From the NCBI GenBank assembly GCA_035719245.1, contig DASTGJ010000665.1, positions 1 through 52,040 on the forward strand: a stretch of 52,040 nt of DNA, given 5' to 3'. The notes under the pieces were generated by a model. It worked only from the letters and a program-made list of their open reading frames with translations, searched no databases and was not told where the DNA came from. Both the position numbers and the translations under genes were made by a program. This DNA is from Kofleriaceae bacterium. Its GTDB lineage: Bacteria; Myxococcota_A; Polyangia; Haliangiales; Haliangiaceae. Shown one piece after another: positions 19,793 to 31,940 of the stretch; the stretch's first letter is position 1, and each line of letters begins with the position of its first letter.

Positions 19793-21618
19793 GGCCGCTC
19801 CGAGTGACGCGGCTCCGAGGTGCGGAGCGCCGGCGGTTGCAACAGAGGAGGACGATCGGGTGGCACGAAGCCCTTCTCGACTTCGAGCCGCTCGATGAGG
19901 AGCGAGGGCGCCGACGCCGAGACCGGGACCCAGCCGCTCTCCGCGCCGCACACGCCGTTGAAGGTCTCGATCTCGCGGCTCGCGGCCCGGATCGACTGCA
20001 GGGCGACGAGCGGCGTGCCGCTGATGTCGATGCCGCGCACGAGCTCGCGGTGACCGTCGGGGTAGAGCCGGTACGCCATCACCGGGTTGACCTTGAACGC
20101 CTGGGGCTGGAACGCCGAGGTGTTGGTCACGCCGCCCGAGATGTCGGTGAAGATCATGCCGTACGGCCGGTGCTGCTTCTTGATCTCCTCGATGAGGAGC
20201 TTCTCGAGGTCGGCCTTCTCCACGCTCTTGGACACCTCGACCACGAGGTTGCCCTGGCGCGACACCGGCGGCAGGCCGGGCGAGTGCCGGCCGTGGCCGT
20301 TGGAGTGCGCGAAGCCCTGGATCGGGTTTCGCCCCATGAGGAAGCCGACGAGCTTGCCGTGGTCGATCAGGCTCACGCGTTGCGCGCGCACGGCCTCGTC
20401 GTCGTAGCGGTAGAAGCCGTTGAGCTGCATCCCGTTGAGCGTGAGGATCTCCGGGTCGTCGTAGACCGACAGCCAGTCGGGCGCGATGTCCTTGCCGACG
20501 TACGAGGCGAAGGTCTGGCCCGACGTGAAGTCTTTCTGGCGGTGGCCCTCGATGCGGTGGCCGAACACCTCGTGGAAGAACACGCCGGCGGCGCGGCCCT
20601 CGAGGATCGCCGGGCCGACGTACGGATCGGCGAGCGGCGCCTCGTGGAGCGCGTCGAGGTCGCCGGTGACCGTGGCGATCATCTTGTCGACCTCGGCGTC
20701 GCCGGGCAGGTCGGCCGGCGTGCGGCCGAACCGCTGCTCGAGCCGCGACAGGTTCATGCCGTCGTCGGCCTTGACGCCGACCGAGACCGAGAGCTGCGCG
20801 TTGGTCCACGAGGTCTGGATCGTCGAGCCCTCGCTGTTGACGAGGTACGCGGTGTTCTGCTGGAACACCACGTTGCACGAGCCGCGCGTGGCCTGGCCGC
20901 GCAGCGCCTTGGCCGAGCAGCGCTTGAGGCGCTCGATCCACGCCGCCTTGTCGAACGTGAGCTTGGTCGGCGCCTCGACGTGGACCTCGGGCGGCTCCTG
21001 CGAGAAGTCGGGCGCGTTGGTGGTGTGCGACTTGAGGGTCGACTGATCCTGGCGCACGTAGCCGAGCGCGCTCACCGCCTCGCGGTAGCGGCGGTCGGTC
21101 TCGACCCACAGCGCGTTCGACAGCGCCTGCTTGTCGTCGCCGAACGGCACGATGCCGCGCCGGGTGAGCGGCGCGTTGAGCCCGTTGGAGTCGTCGGCGA
21201 TCGCGCGCGTGTTGTCGAGCGCGGGCGTGCCGACCCGGACCTCGACGTCGAGGTTGCGCACGGTATCGTCGCTGTCGGTGACGAGCGCGCCACCGTCGGC
21301 GTCGAGGTTGACGATGCGCTGCTCGACGAGCTGGTACGCGAGGTAGTGCGCCGGGTCCTTCTGCTGGCGCAGCGCGGCCATCTCGCGGTCGTTCTCGGCC
21401 TTGAGGATATCGAGGATCGGCGAGCGCTGATCGGGCGCGTTGCTGTCGCTCGGCTTGCTGGTCGTGACGGCGATCTTGGCCGGAATGTTCGGCAGGTCGA
21501 CGTGGATCTCGGCAGGGGCGCTGGGGGTGCTCGACCCCTTGCCGCCGGCACCCGACGAGCAGGCCGCCAGCTCGGCCACGAGCCCGGCGGCGACGCCGAG
21601 CGGAAGCATCCATCGCAT
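19789..21618 (-). CDS. TldD-family metallopeptidase lipoprotein
   Basis: Start at MRWMLPLGVAAGLVAELAAC (lipobox LAAC). Contains the HEVFGH (HExxxH) motif and GFAHSNGHGR, both typical of TldD. Confidence 0.8.
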   Translation of the reverse strand: MRWMLPLGVAAGLVAELAACSSGAGGKGSSTPSAPAEIHVDLPNIPAKIAVTTSKPSDSNAPDQRSPILDILKAENDREMAALRQQKDPAHYLAYQLVEQRIVNLDADGGALVTDSDDTVRNLDVEVRVGTPALDNTRAIADDSNGLNAPLTRRGIVPFGDDKQALSNALWVETDRRYREAVSALGYVRQDQSTLKSHTTNAPDFSQEPPEVHVEAPTKLTFDKAAWIERLKRCSAKALRGQATRGSCNVVFQQNTAYLVNSEGSTIQTSWTNAQLSVSVGVKADDGMNLSRLEQRFGRTPADLPGDAEVDKMIATVTGDLDALHEAPLADPYVGPAILEGRAAGVFFHEVFGHRIEGHRQKDFTSGQTFASYVGKDIAPDWLSVYDDPEILTLNGMQLNGFYRYDDEAVRAQRVSLIDHGKLVGFLMGRNPIQGFAHSNGHGRHSPGLPPVSRQGNLVVEVSKSVEKADLEKLLIEEIKKQHRPYGMIFTDISGGVTNTSAFQPQAFKVNPVMAYRLYPDGHRELVRGIDISGTPLVALQSIRAASREIETFNGVCGAESGWVPVSASAPSLLIERLEVEKGFVPPDRPPLLQPPALRTSEPRHSERP

Positions 21619-21643
21619 ATGCCGAAACACTAGCACGGCTATA

Positions 21644-22438
21644 ATGCGCGCCACCTTGTCGTTGGCCCGTCCTACCGCGCTGGTCATCCACGATGATGGC
21701 GACGTGCTCGACGTGCTCACCCGGCTGTTCGAGGCCGCCGGGTTCGAGGTCGTCACCGCGATCACCGGGTTTCGGGCCCAGGCCGTGCTCGAGGGCGACC
21801 GGCCGACCGACCTCGTCGTCGTGCCGTGGGACGCCCAGCACCCCGTCGGCGGCGAGGTGTACCGCTGGGCGCTCCACCAGCGCTACGACCTGCGCGACGG
21901 CTTCGTGTTCCTCGGCCTCGAGCCGCCGCCCGACGGCAGCCAGCTGGTCGCCGGGCGCTGCCTGTGGGCCTCGATGGCCCGGCCGGCCGAGGTGGTGCGG
22001 ATCGCGATCGCCACGGTGGCGCGCCGGCGCCGGCTCGAGGCGGCGCGCGATGCGGTGGAGGTCACGGACGCCGGCCAGCCGACCCTGCTGCTCGCCGACG
22101 ACGAGCCGGCCCTGCTCATGGCGATGGCCGACCTGTTCTCCGACGACGGCTTCGCGGTGGCGCGGGTCGAGAGCGGGCACGGCGCGATCGAGCTGCTCGG
22201 CAACCTCGACGTCGACGCGATCGTGATCGACTGGAACATGGACGACGGCACCGGCGCCGACGTGTACCGCTGGATCGTGCTTCACAAGCCGTGGCTCGCC
22301 GAGCGCGTGGTGTTCCTGTCCGACGGCGAGTCCGACGACGCGGCGGTGGTGGCGCCCGGCCGGCCGATGTTCCGCAAGGGCCAGGACGCGGGCGCGCTGT
22401 CGAGCGCGATCCGGGAGATTCTCGGAAGCGCGCGCTAG
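21644..22438 (+). CDS. Tandem-receiver (REC-REC) protein without an output domain
   Basis: Two receiver-like halves (LVIHDDGD...DLVVVPWD and LLLADDEPAL...DAIVIDWNM...FRKGQD). The start is uncertain: ATG 21644 or TTG 21656. Confidence 0.7.
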   Translation: MRATLSLARPTALVIHDDGDVLDVLTRLFEAAGFEVVTAITGFRAQAVLEGDRPTDLVVVPWDAQHPVGGEVYRWALHQRYDLRDGFVFLGLEPPPDGSQLVAGRCLWASMARPAEVVRIAIATVARRRRLEAARDAVEVTDAGQPTLLLADDEPALLMAMADLFSDDGFAVARVESGHGAIELLGNLDVDAIVIDWNMDDGTGADVYRWIVLHKPWLAERVVFLSDGESDDAAVVAPGRPMFRKGQDAGALSSAIREILGSAR

Positions 22439-22496
22439 GCGGCCAACAAAGTGTTCCAGCCCGCCGGCTTGCCGACGACGGCCGAGCTGCCAAACC

Positions 22497-23360
22497 ATGG
22501 TCTCGATGGAGCCGACGCGACGCGACGTGCTCGGGGCGCTCGCGGCCATGGGGGCCGGCGCCGCGCTTGCCGGCTGCAAGGAGAGCCCGATGTCCACGCC
22601 CAGTTTGCCGGTGCTGTTTCAGGCCCACGGCGCGCCGCCCTTGCTCGACGACGCGGGGTGGATCGCCGAGCTCGCCGCGTGGGCCAAGGCCCTGCCGCGG
22701 CCGCAGGCGATCGTGGTGATCTCGGCCCACTGGGAGGCGCGGCCGGTGTCGATCGGCGCGGTCGAGCCGCGGCCCCTGATCTACGACTTCTACGGCTTCC
22801 CCGAGCGGTTCTACCGCCTGCAGTACCCGTCGCCCGGCGCGCCCGCGGTCGCGCAGCGCATCCGCGGCCTGCTCGCCGGCGCGAAGATCCCGTTTGTCGA
22901 CGAGCCCGGCCGCGGCCTCGACCACGGCGCGTACATTCCGCTCATGTGCATGTACCCCGAGGCGAACATCCCGGTGCTCCAGATCTCGCTGCCGAGCGAG
23001 GCGCCGGCCGAGCTGTTCGCGATGGGCCAGGCGCTCGCGCCGCTGCGCAAGGAGGGCGTGCTCATCGTCGGCAGCGGCTTTTTGACCCACAACCTGCGCG
23101 CGCTGTCCCTGCGCACCACGCCGGGCTGGGCGAGCGACTTCGATGCGTGGTCGGCCGACGTGCTCGGCCGCCGCGACGTCGACGCCCTGCTCGACTACCG
23201 TGCGCGGGCGCCCGGGGTTCGCGAGTCGCTGCCCACGCACGAGCACTTCGTGCCGGTGATCGTCGCCGCCGGCGCGGCCGGCGACGACGCGGTCACGTTC
23301 CCGATCACCGGCTTCTGGTGGAACGGGCCGATGACCCGGCGCTCGGTGCAGTTCGGCTGA
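22497..23360 (+). CDS. Extradiol ring-cleavage dioxygenase, class III (DODA/YgiD-like), Tat-lipoprotein signal
   Basis: TRRDVLGALAAMGAGAALAGC is a twin-arginine signal plus lipobox. VISAHWE, DHGAYIPL and GSGFLTHNL motifs of the LigB/DODA family. Confidence 0.8.
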   Translation: MVSMEPTRRDVLGALAAMGAGAALAGCKESPMSTPSLPVLFQAHGAPPLLDDAGWIAELAAWAKALPRPQAIVVISAHWEARPVSIGAVEPRPLIYDFYGFPERFYRLQYPSPGAPAVAQRIRGLLAGAKIPFVDEPGRGLDHGAYIPLMCMYPEANIPVLQISLPSEAPAELFAMGQALAPLRKEGVLIVGSGFLTHNLRALSLRTTPGWASDFDAWSADVLGRRDVDALLDYRARAPGVRESLPTHEHFVPVIVAAGAAGDDAVTFPITGFWWNGPMTRRSVQFG

Positions 23361-23385
23361 TCGCGCTGCTACAGTCGGGGCGCCC

Positions 23386-24435
23386 ATGCAGGCGCGCATC
23401 CTCGACGGCGACCAGCTCGTGACCACCACGGACCCGGCCCGGATCCGCGCCGCGCTCGCCAGCGGCCAGCGGATCTGGATCGACCTCGAGCGCCAGACGC
23501 CCGAGGCCGAGTCTCTGCTCGCGGACGTGCTGCATCTCCACCCGCTCACGATCGAGGACATCTGGGCCGAGCGCTCGCGGCCCAAGATCGACGACTTCGA
23601 TGCGTACCTGTACGTGATCGTCCACGCGATCGGCGCCACGCAGCAAGACCGGCTCAAGTCGGTCGAGATCGACGTGGTGATCGGCCCCAACTGGCTCGTC
23701 ACCCACGACCCGGCCGGCATGGTGAGCGACGACGTCGGCACCGAGCTCGATCACTCCACGCGCGTGATGGCCAAGGGCATCGCGTGGCTCGCCCACGCCT
23801 TGCTCGATCGCGCGGTCGATCAATACATGCCGGTGATCGACGACCTCGACGCCGAGATCGAGCAGCTCGAGACCGACGTGCTCGACAAGGCCGGCACGCC
23901 GCGCGGCCGCGCGGTGCTGCAGCGGATCCTGGAGTTCAAGCGCCGGCTCCAGGAGCTGCGCCGCATGAGCATCCACCAGCGCGAGATCCTGCTCCGCCTG
24001 TCGCGCGGCGAGCTCGACGAGATCCCGCCCGAGGCCCTGCCGTTCTTCCGCGACGTCTACGATCACTTCCTGCGCATCAACGACATCGCTGAGGGCTACC
24101 GCGACCTCGTCACGTCCGCGCTCGACGCGTACCTCTCGGTGCAGTCGAACCGGATGAACGAGATCATGAAGACCTTGACCCTCATGTCGACCGTCATGCT
24201 CCCGTTGACCTTCATCGTCGGCCTGTACGGCATGAACTTCAAGCACATGCCCGAGCTCGACTGGGCCTGGGGTTACCCCGGCGCGCTCGGCCTCATGGTC
24301 GTCGTCGCCGGCAGCATCCTGCTCTGGTTCCGCCACCGCGGCTGGATCGGCAACGGCGACCCCGTCGAGAGCGACCGCCGGTCGGCGAAGGCGCGGCTCC
24401 AGCGCCGCGCCGACGACGAGCCGGACGCGGCGTGA
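23386..24435 (+). CDS. corA: CorA-family magnesium/cobalt transporter
   Basis: GLYGMNFKHMPE (GMN signature) between two C-terminal TM helices. Length is typical at 349 aa. Confidence 0.9.
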   Translation: MQARILDGDQLVTTTDPARIRAALASGQRIWIDLERQTPEAESLLADVLHLHPLTIEDIWAERSRPKIDDFDAYLYVIVHAIGATQQDRLKSVEIDVVIGPNWLVTHDPAGMVSDDVGTELDHSTRVMAKGIAWLAHALLDRAVDQYMPVIDDLDAEIEQLETDVLDKAGTPRGRAVLQRILEFKRRLQELRRMSIHQREILLRLSRGELDEIPPEALPFFRDVYDHFLRINDIAEGYRDLVTSALDAYLSVQSNRMNEIMKTLTLMSTVMLPLTFIVGLYGMNFKHMPELDWAWGYPGALGLMVVVAGSILLWFRHRGWIGNGDPVESDRRSAKARLQRRADDEPDAA

Positions 24436-25978
24436 CGTCGCATGGCGCCGGCGTGGACGCGGCCCTCAGAAGATCGATGGCCGCCGCATCGCGCGATCTC
24501 ACGAAGGCTTGATGGTCGCGCCGCCAGGTCGATTCACCTGCGGTGAACCCAGACACCCAGCGCACGCTGACGCATCTCATTCGTGCGTGCGACCTGGTGT
24601 TCGGCTCCACGAGCATCTTGCTCGCCGTGCTGGCGACGTGGCGTTGGTGCATGGGGGCCACCGCGTCCGGCCTCGTGCTCGCCCTGTGGGCGGTGCCCGC
24701 GACGAACCTCGCCTGGAGCGTGGTGACCAAGCACCGCGACCGCGTCCGGGCCGACTTCGCGCGTGGCATGACGTGCGTTCCGCTCGCGACCTACATCTAC
24801 GCCGCGGACGCCGAGGGCGTGCTGAGCCACATGTGGCTGCCCGCGCTGATGGTCTCGCTCGGGGTCTGCCTGTCGGTCGGCATCGGCACGCGCAAGCTGA
24901 CCGGCGGCGTCGCGATCGCGCTCGCGTATGCGCTCGGGGTGTTCGCGGTCGGCCGCCTCGAAGCGGACGCGACCTGCGACGCGATCGCGCTCCTGCTGGC
25001 CGATGTGATCGTCTCGATCGTCGCCGTGCACCTCGGGCGATCATTCGTCGAGACGGCGCGACGGCGTGACGAAGCCACCGAGCAGCGCCGGCGCGCGGAG
25101 GTCACGCTCGCGCAGCTCGCCGAGCGGACCAACGCGCTGAGCGCCGCGCTCACCGAGCGCCACCGCGAGATCGAGCTCCGCAAGCAGATCGAGGCCGACC
25201 TCGTTCAGGCGCAGAAGCTCGAGTCGGTCGGGCGCCTCGCCGCCGGCATCGCGCACGAGATCAACACGCCGGTCCAGTTCGTCGGCGATAGCCTGCAGTT
25301 CGTGCGCTACGCGGTCGATGACCTGCTCGCGCTCGTGCGCGGCGCGATCGCCAGCGACGACGTCGACCTCGAGTACCTGAGCGACGAGGTGCCCAAGGCG
25401 CTCGGCCGCGCCGACGACGGCCTCCGGCGGGTGACGCGGATCGTGCGCTCGATGAAGGTGTTCGCCCATCCCGCCGTCGAGATGGCGCACGCCGACCTCA
25501 ACGGCGCGATCGAGGCGACGCTCACGATCGCCCACAACGAGTACAAGTACGTGGCGGATCTGATCACGGACCTCGGCCCCGACCTCCCGCCGGTGTCATG
25601 CTTCATGAGCGAGCTCAACCAGGCGCTGCTCAACATCGTGGTCAACGCCGCGCACGCGATCGGCGACGTGGTCGGCGGCACCGGCGCGCGCGGCACGATC
25701 GAGGTGCGGACGCGGCGCGACGGCGACGACGTGGTCATCTCGATCCGCGACACCGGATCGGGCATCCCCGAGGCCATCCGGCCTCACATCTTCGACCCGT
25801 TCTTCACGACCAAGGAGGTCGGCAAGGGCACGGGGCAGGGGCTGGCGATCGCGCACGCGGTGGTGGTGGACAAGCACCGCGGGAAGCTGTGGTTCGAGAC
25901 CCAGCTGGGGAGCGGCACCACCTTCTTCATCCGGATCCCGATCGCGGGCGCGCCGGTCACGCCGACCGAGCCGCTGCC

Positions 25979-27976
<1,998 letters not shown>

Positions 27977-28064
27977 CGCGGCGACCCTACCATGTGCCTG
28001 CTGTCCCGCCGCGCGCTGGGCGCTGTCCCTTCGCGACGCGGCGTGGCGAGGGTATGAAGCGGGG

Positions 28065-29492
28065 ATGTCTCGACCACCGTACGTGGCGCTCCGCGTGGAG
28101 CCCGGCGCGCGCCGCGCGACCGCCGCCGACATCGTCGCCAGCGTGCAGCGCGAGATCGCGAGCGGCGGCCTGCCGGCCGGTAGCCGGTTGCCGCCGGTGC
28201 GCGCGCTCGAGCGCCAGCTCGGCTTATCGAAGAACACGGCGCAGGCGGCGTACGACGAGCTGGTCGCGCGCGGCGTGGTCGAGGCGCGCGAGCGCGAGGG
28301 CGTGTTCGTGCTCGCGGCGCAGCGCGTCGAAGCCGCGGCGCCGATCGCCGCGCCGCCGTTGCCCGCCTTCGTGCCGCCGCCGCTCGGCCGCCCCGATTTT
28401 CCGCGCCCCGGCGTGATCCCGCTGTCGACGGTGTTCATCGATCCGGATCTCCTGCCCACCGAGCGGCTCGCCGAGTGCGTGCGCTCGGTGGCGCGCGATC
28501 GGATGCCGGCGCAGTACGAGGCCCAGGGCTACCGGCCGCTGCGCGAGGCGATCGCGCGCCGCCTGGTCGGCCGCGGGCTCGACGTCACCGCCGACGAGAT
28601 CGTGATCACGACCGGCTCGCAGCAGTCGCTCGACATCGTGGCGCGCGCGCTCGCGCACAAGCAGATCGCCGTCGAGTCGCCGGTGTACGCCTACGCCAAG
28701 CTCCTGTTCGAGAACCTCGGCCACCCGCTGCTCGGCCTCCCCCTCGACCCGTTCCGCGGCATCGACCTCGACGCGTGGGACCGGGTGTTCGCGAAGAAGC
28801 CCGCGCTCGCGTACCTGATCTCGAGCTTCCAGAACCCGACCGGCTACTCGTACACCAGCGCCGAGCTGCGCGGCGTGCTCGCGATCGCCGAGCGCCACGG
28901 CGTGGCGATCCTCGAGGACGACTGGGGCAGCGACATGCTGTCCGACGGCGAGTACCGGCCGATGTTGCGCATGCTCGGCGGCAAGCGCGTGCTGTACGTC
29001 AACTCGTTCACCAAGAAGCTCTTGCCGTCGCTGCGCATCGGCTTCGTGGCCGCCGCGCCCGAGCTCGTGCCGTCGCTGGTCGCGATGAAGCGGCTATCCA
29101 CGCTGGGCAACGCGTGGCTCACCGAGGCGGTGGTGGCCGAGTTCCTCGACCGCGGCTACTACGACTCTCACCTTCAGGCGTTACAGCGCGCGCTCGATAC
29201 CCGGTACGCCGCGTGCCTCGCCGCGCTCGACGAGCTGATGCCCGACGGCGTGAAGTGGACGCGTCCGGGCGGCGGACCGACCCTGTGGCTCGAGCTGCCG
29301 CGCACGATCGACTACCCGGCGATCGAGGACCAGCTGGCGCGCCGCGGCGTGCAGGTCTCCAACGCGTCGGCGGCGTTCGTCGGCCCGCCGCACCTGCACG
29401 GCTTCCGGATCAGCTACGCGTTTCTGCCCGAGGAGAAGCTGCGCACCGCGCTCACCATCCTCGGCGACACGATTCGCGATCTCGCGAGGTGA
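28065..29492 (+). CDS. MocR-type regulator (GntR HTH fused to an aminotransferase-fold domain)
   Basis: Start at MSRPPYV (ATG 28065). wHTH LPPVRALERQLGLSKNTAQAAYDELVARG. The C-terminal fold-type I domain carries NSFTKKLLPSLRIGF (PLP-lysine context). Confidence 0.85.
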   Translation: MSRPPYVALRVEPGARRATAADIVASVQREIASGGLPAGSRLPPVRALERQLGLSKNTAQAAYDELVARGVVEAREREGVFVLAAQRVEAAAPIAAPPLPAFVPPPLGRPDFPRPGVIPLSTVFIDPDLLPTERLAECVRSVARDRMPAQYEAQGYRPLREAIARRLVGRGLDVTADEIVITTGSQQSLDIVARALAHKQIAVESPVYAYAKLLFENLGHPLLGLPLDPFRGIDLDAWDRVFAKKPALAYLISSFQNPTGYSYTSAELRGVLAIAERHGVAILEDDWGSDMLSDGEYRPMLRMLGGKRVLYVNSFTKKLLPSLRIGFVAAAPELVPSLVAMKRLSTLGNAWLTEAVVAEFLDRGYYDSHLQALQRALDTRYAACLAALDELMPDGVKWTRPGGGPTLWLELPRTIDYPAIEDQLARRGVQVSNASAAFVGPPHLHGFRISYAFLPEEKLRTALTILGDTIRDLAR

Positions 29493-29582
29493 ACCCGCTG
29501 TGGGCCCAGGCGCCCGGTCGCGCGGCGCGACGAGCGGGCGCCGTGACTTGTGTGTTGCGCCGGAGCACGGCAAAAAGGAAGG

Positions 29583-30818
29583 GTGAGAGTCGTGCTCGCC
29601 CTGTCTGCCGCGCTGGCGGCTGCATGCGGTGGCGCGCGTCCGCTCAACCCGGAGTTCTTCGGGCCGATGATCGAGCCGCCGTGTGGCCTCGCCCGGATCC
29701 AGCCCGGGATCAGCGTGGCCGAGGCCAAGCGCCGGCTGCCCGGGCTCAAGGAAGATCGGCGCGGCATCCGCGAGCAGCTCACGCTCGACTCCGGCGTGTC
29801 CGACGTGCAGCTCGAGGTCCGCGTCGATTCGGGCAGCGTGGCGAGCATCTTCGCGATCATCCAGGGCCACGGCGTGCGCGACCTGCTCACCCAGACCTGG
29901 GGGCAGCCGCAGATCACCCGGGACTCGCTCGGCCAGCCCGAGACCACGTGGGCGAGCGAGAGCACGGGCTGGAAGGCCAAGCTCGATTGCCTCGAGCGCA
30001 ACTGCTCGCTCGAGTTCGTGCCGTTCCACGCGCTCACGCCCGAGTTCTTCGGCGCCCACGTCGTGCCGCCGGGCGACCTCGCCAACCTGCGGATCGGCAT
30101 GAAGGCGGCCGACGCACGCAAGATCGCGCCCGGCCCGATCGACGTGCGGTCGGGGATCGCGACCGGCGTCGACGGCGTGCGCGCGTTCGTCGCGATCGAC
30201 GACAAGACCGCGACCGTGCGCTCGATCTACTTGAACCTGCCGCAGCACGCCGAGGACCTGATCGCCGAGGCGTGGAGCGAGGGCTGGCGCGCGACCGAGC
30301 CGGTCGGCAAGACCGTGCTCGTGTGGCCCGATCCGACCACCGGCTGGCGCGCGACCCTGCGCGACGCGCTCGGCTTCTCGCACGATCTCGCGTTCGACAA
30401 CTTCTTGCCCGCGGCGCAGCTGTTCGGCGATCAGCCCGATCAGCTCGACGGCCTGCCCGAGCCGGTGCTCGGCAAGACCGTCGACGAGGTCAAGAAGGCG
30501 TACAAGGACGCGGTGGCGCAGCAGGGGCGAGAGTGGGTGTTGACGTTGTTGCCGACCGAGTGGGAGCGCACCGCGACCCGGATCGCGCTCGCCGCGCCGG
30601 GCGGCACGGTGCGCAAGATGACGTTCTCGCTGCCGTACCGCCCGCACCCCGAGGCGCGCGAGGTGCTGTTCGACCTGTTCAAGCGCAAGTGGGGCGAGCC
30701 CAAGACCCACGAGGCCGAGGACGGCAAGACCTCGATCCTCGTGTTCCGCGACGAGGACCCGCGGGTCGAGATCGTCGACGACACCGAGCACGGCGCGTGG
30801 AAGGTCGAGATCCGGTGA
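29583..30818 (+). CDS. Lipoprotein of unknown function built from three ~130-aa repeats
   Basis: GTG 29583 is preceded by AAGGAAGG. Lipobox LAAAC. Three modules each start (E/Q)(F/L)FG... and carry a W(G/S)(Q/E)(P/G) motif (TWGQPQ, AWSEGW, KWGEPK). Confidence 0.6.
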   Translation: MRVVLALSAALAAACGGARPLNPEFFGPMIEPPCGLARIQPGISVAEAKRRLPGLKEDRRGIREQLTLDSGVSDVQLEVRVDSGSVASIFAIIQGHGVRDLLTQTWGQPQITRDSLGQPETTWASESTGWKAKLDCLERNCSLEFVPFHALTPEFFGAHVVPPGDLANLRIGMKAADARKIAPGPIDVRSGIATGVDGVRAFVAIDDKTATVRSIYLNLPQHAEDLIAEAWSEGWRATEPVGKTVLVWPDPTTGWRATLRDALGFSHDLAFDNFLPAAQLFGDQPDQLDGLPEPVLGKTVDEVKKAYKDAVAQQGREWVLTLLPTEWERTATRIALAAPGGTVRKMTFSLPYRPHPEAREVLFDLFKRKWGEPKTHEAEDGKTSILVFRDEDPRVEIVDDTEHGAWKVEIR

Positions 30819-30863
30819 TCGCCCGCGCGCCGCTCAGGTAGTTGCTCGGTCTCGCTGCCGAGC

Positions 30864-31940
30864 TCAGATCGATCCGCGGTGGATCGCGGTGCGCGCCTGC
30901 TCGGACAGGATGCGCACGCCGAAGATCAGGTGGCCGAAGCGGGCGTCTTGCGTGATGCCCTGCTTCCAGCGGAAGTAGATCTGCTGGAGCACGACCGCGG
31001 TCTTGATCAGGCCGAACGCGTAATAGAACACGAGGTTCCTGGCCGCGTCGGGGACGTGGCGGCCGGAGCGCTCGAGGTAGCGATCGGCGAACTCCTGGCG
31101 CGTCATCATGCCGGGCTTCATCGTGGGGCCGAACGGCAGCTGGTAGAACGCCTGCGGATCGGCGGCCTCGGCCCAGTACGAAAGCGACGTGCCGAGGTCC
31201 ATGAGCGGGTCGCCGATCGTGGCCATCTCCCAGTCGAGCACGCCGGTGATGTGCTCGAGGCCGGCGTCGAAGATCACGTTGTCGAACTTGAAGTCGTTGT
31301 GGATAAGCGCGGGCGCGACCTCGGGCGGCATGTGGCCGGCGAGCCAGGAGGCGGCCTCGGTGAGCGCGGGGATGTCGTCGGTCTTCGAATCGGTGTAGCG
31401 CTTGGTCCAGCCGGTGACCTGGCGCTCGATGTAGCCGGCGGGCTTGCCGAGATCGCCGAGGCCGGCGGCGGCGTAGTCCACGGCGTGGAGCTCGACGAGC
31501 GCATCGACGAGCGACTCGCACACGCGGCGCACGCGCGGCAGGTCGCCGGCGATCGCGGCCGGCACCTCCTTGCGCAGGATCACGCCGCGCCGGCGCTCCA
31601 TGAGGTAGAACGGCGCGCCGAGCACGTCGCCGGTGGCCTCGTACGCGTACGGCCGGGGTGCGCGGGGGTACACCGCGGCGAGCTTGCTGAGCACGTTGTA
31701 CTCGCGGCCCATGTCGTGCGCCGACTTGACCTTGCTGCCGAACGGCGGCCGGCGCAGGACGTACTCCCGATCACCGTGATGGACGAGATACGTGAGATTG
31801 GAGTGGCCGCCGGGGAACTGCTCGACCGTGACCTCGCCGGGGCCGAATTGAGCCTGGAGGTACGCGGCGAGCGCGGCGACATCGAGCTCCTCGCCGTGCC
31901 GGATCTGCTTGGGAGAATCTTCCACCGGGGTCTGGCTCAC
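30864..31940 (-). CDS. Aminoglycoside-phosphotransferase-fold kinase, ACAD10/11 N-terminal-like
   Basis: GTG start in a GTGA overlap with the ACAD stop. Catalytic loop IHNDFKFDN and metal-binding [12 protein letters not shown]. Confidence 0.8.
   Translation of the reverse strand: MSQTPVEDSPKQIRHGEELDVAALAAYLQAQFGPGEVTVEQFPGGHSNLTYLVHHGDREYVLRRPPFGSKVKSAHDMGREYNVLSKLAAVYPRAPRPYAYEATGDVLGAPFYLMERRRGVILRKEVPAAIAGDLPRVRRVCESLVDALVELHAVDYAAAGLGDLGKPAGYIERQVTGWTKRYTDSKTDDIPALTEAASWLAGHMPPEVAPALIHNDFKFDNVIFDAGLEHITGVLDWEMATIGDPLMDLGTSLSYWAEAADPQAFYQLPFGPTMKPGMMTRQEFADRYLERSGRHVPDAARNLVFYYAFGLIKTAVVLQQIYFRWKQGITQDARFGHLIFGVRILSEQARTAIHRGSI

Noticed and set aside
21640-21645. TATAAT box as the promoter -10 element of the tandem-receiver gene.
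   Set aside because: It overlaps the most likely ATG (21644) and has no -35 partner. It is noted in a finding but not annotated as a promoter.
17879-22597. Single 1572-aa ORF spanning the TldD/PmbA region.
   Set aside because: - Only the last 637 codons, from MKLTAIR with its signal peptide, look like a protein (PmbA/TldE-like).
- The upstream part is out of frame over the TldD-like gene and antisense to the receiver gene, and it is compositionally junk.
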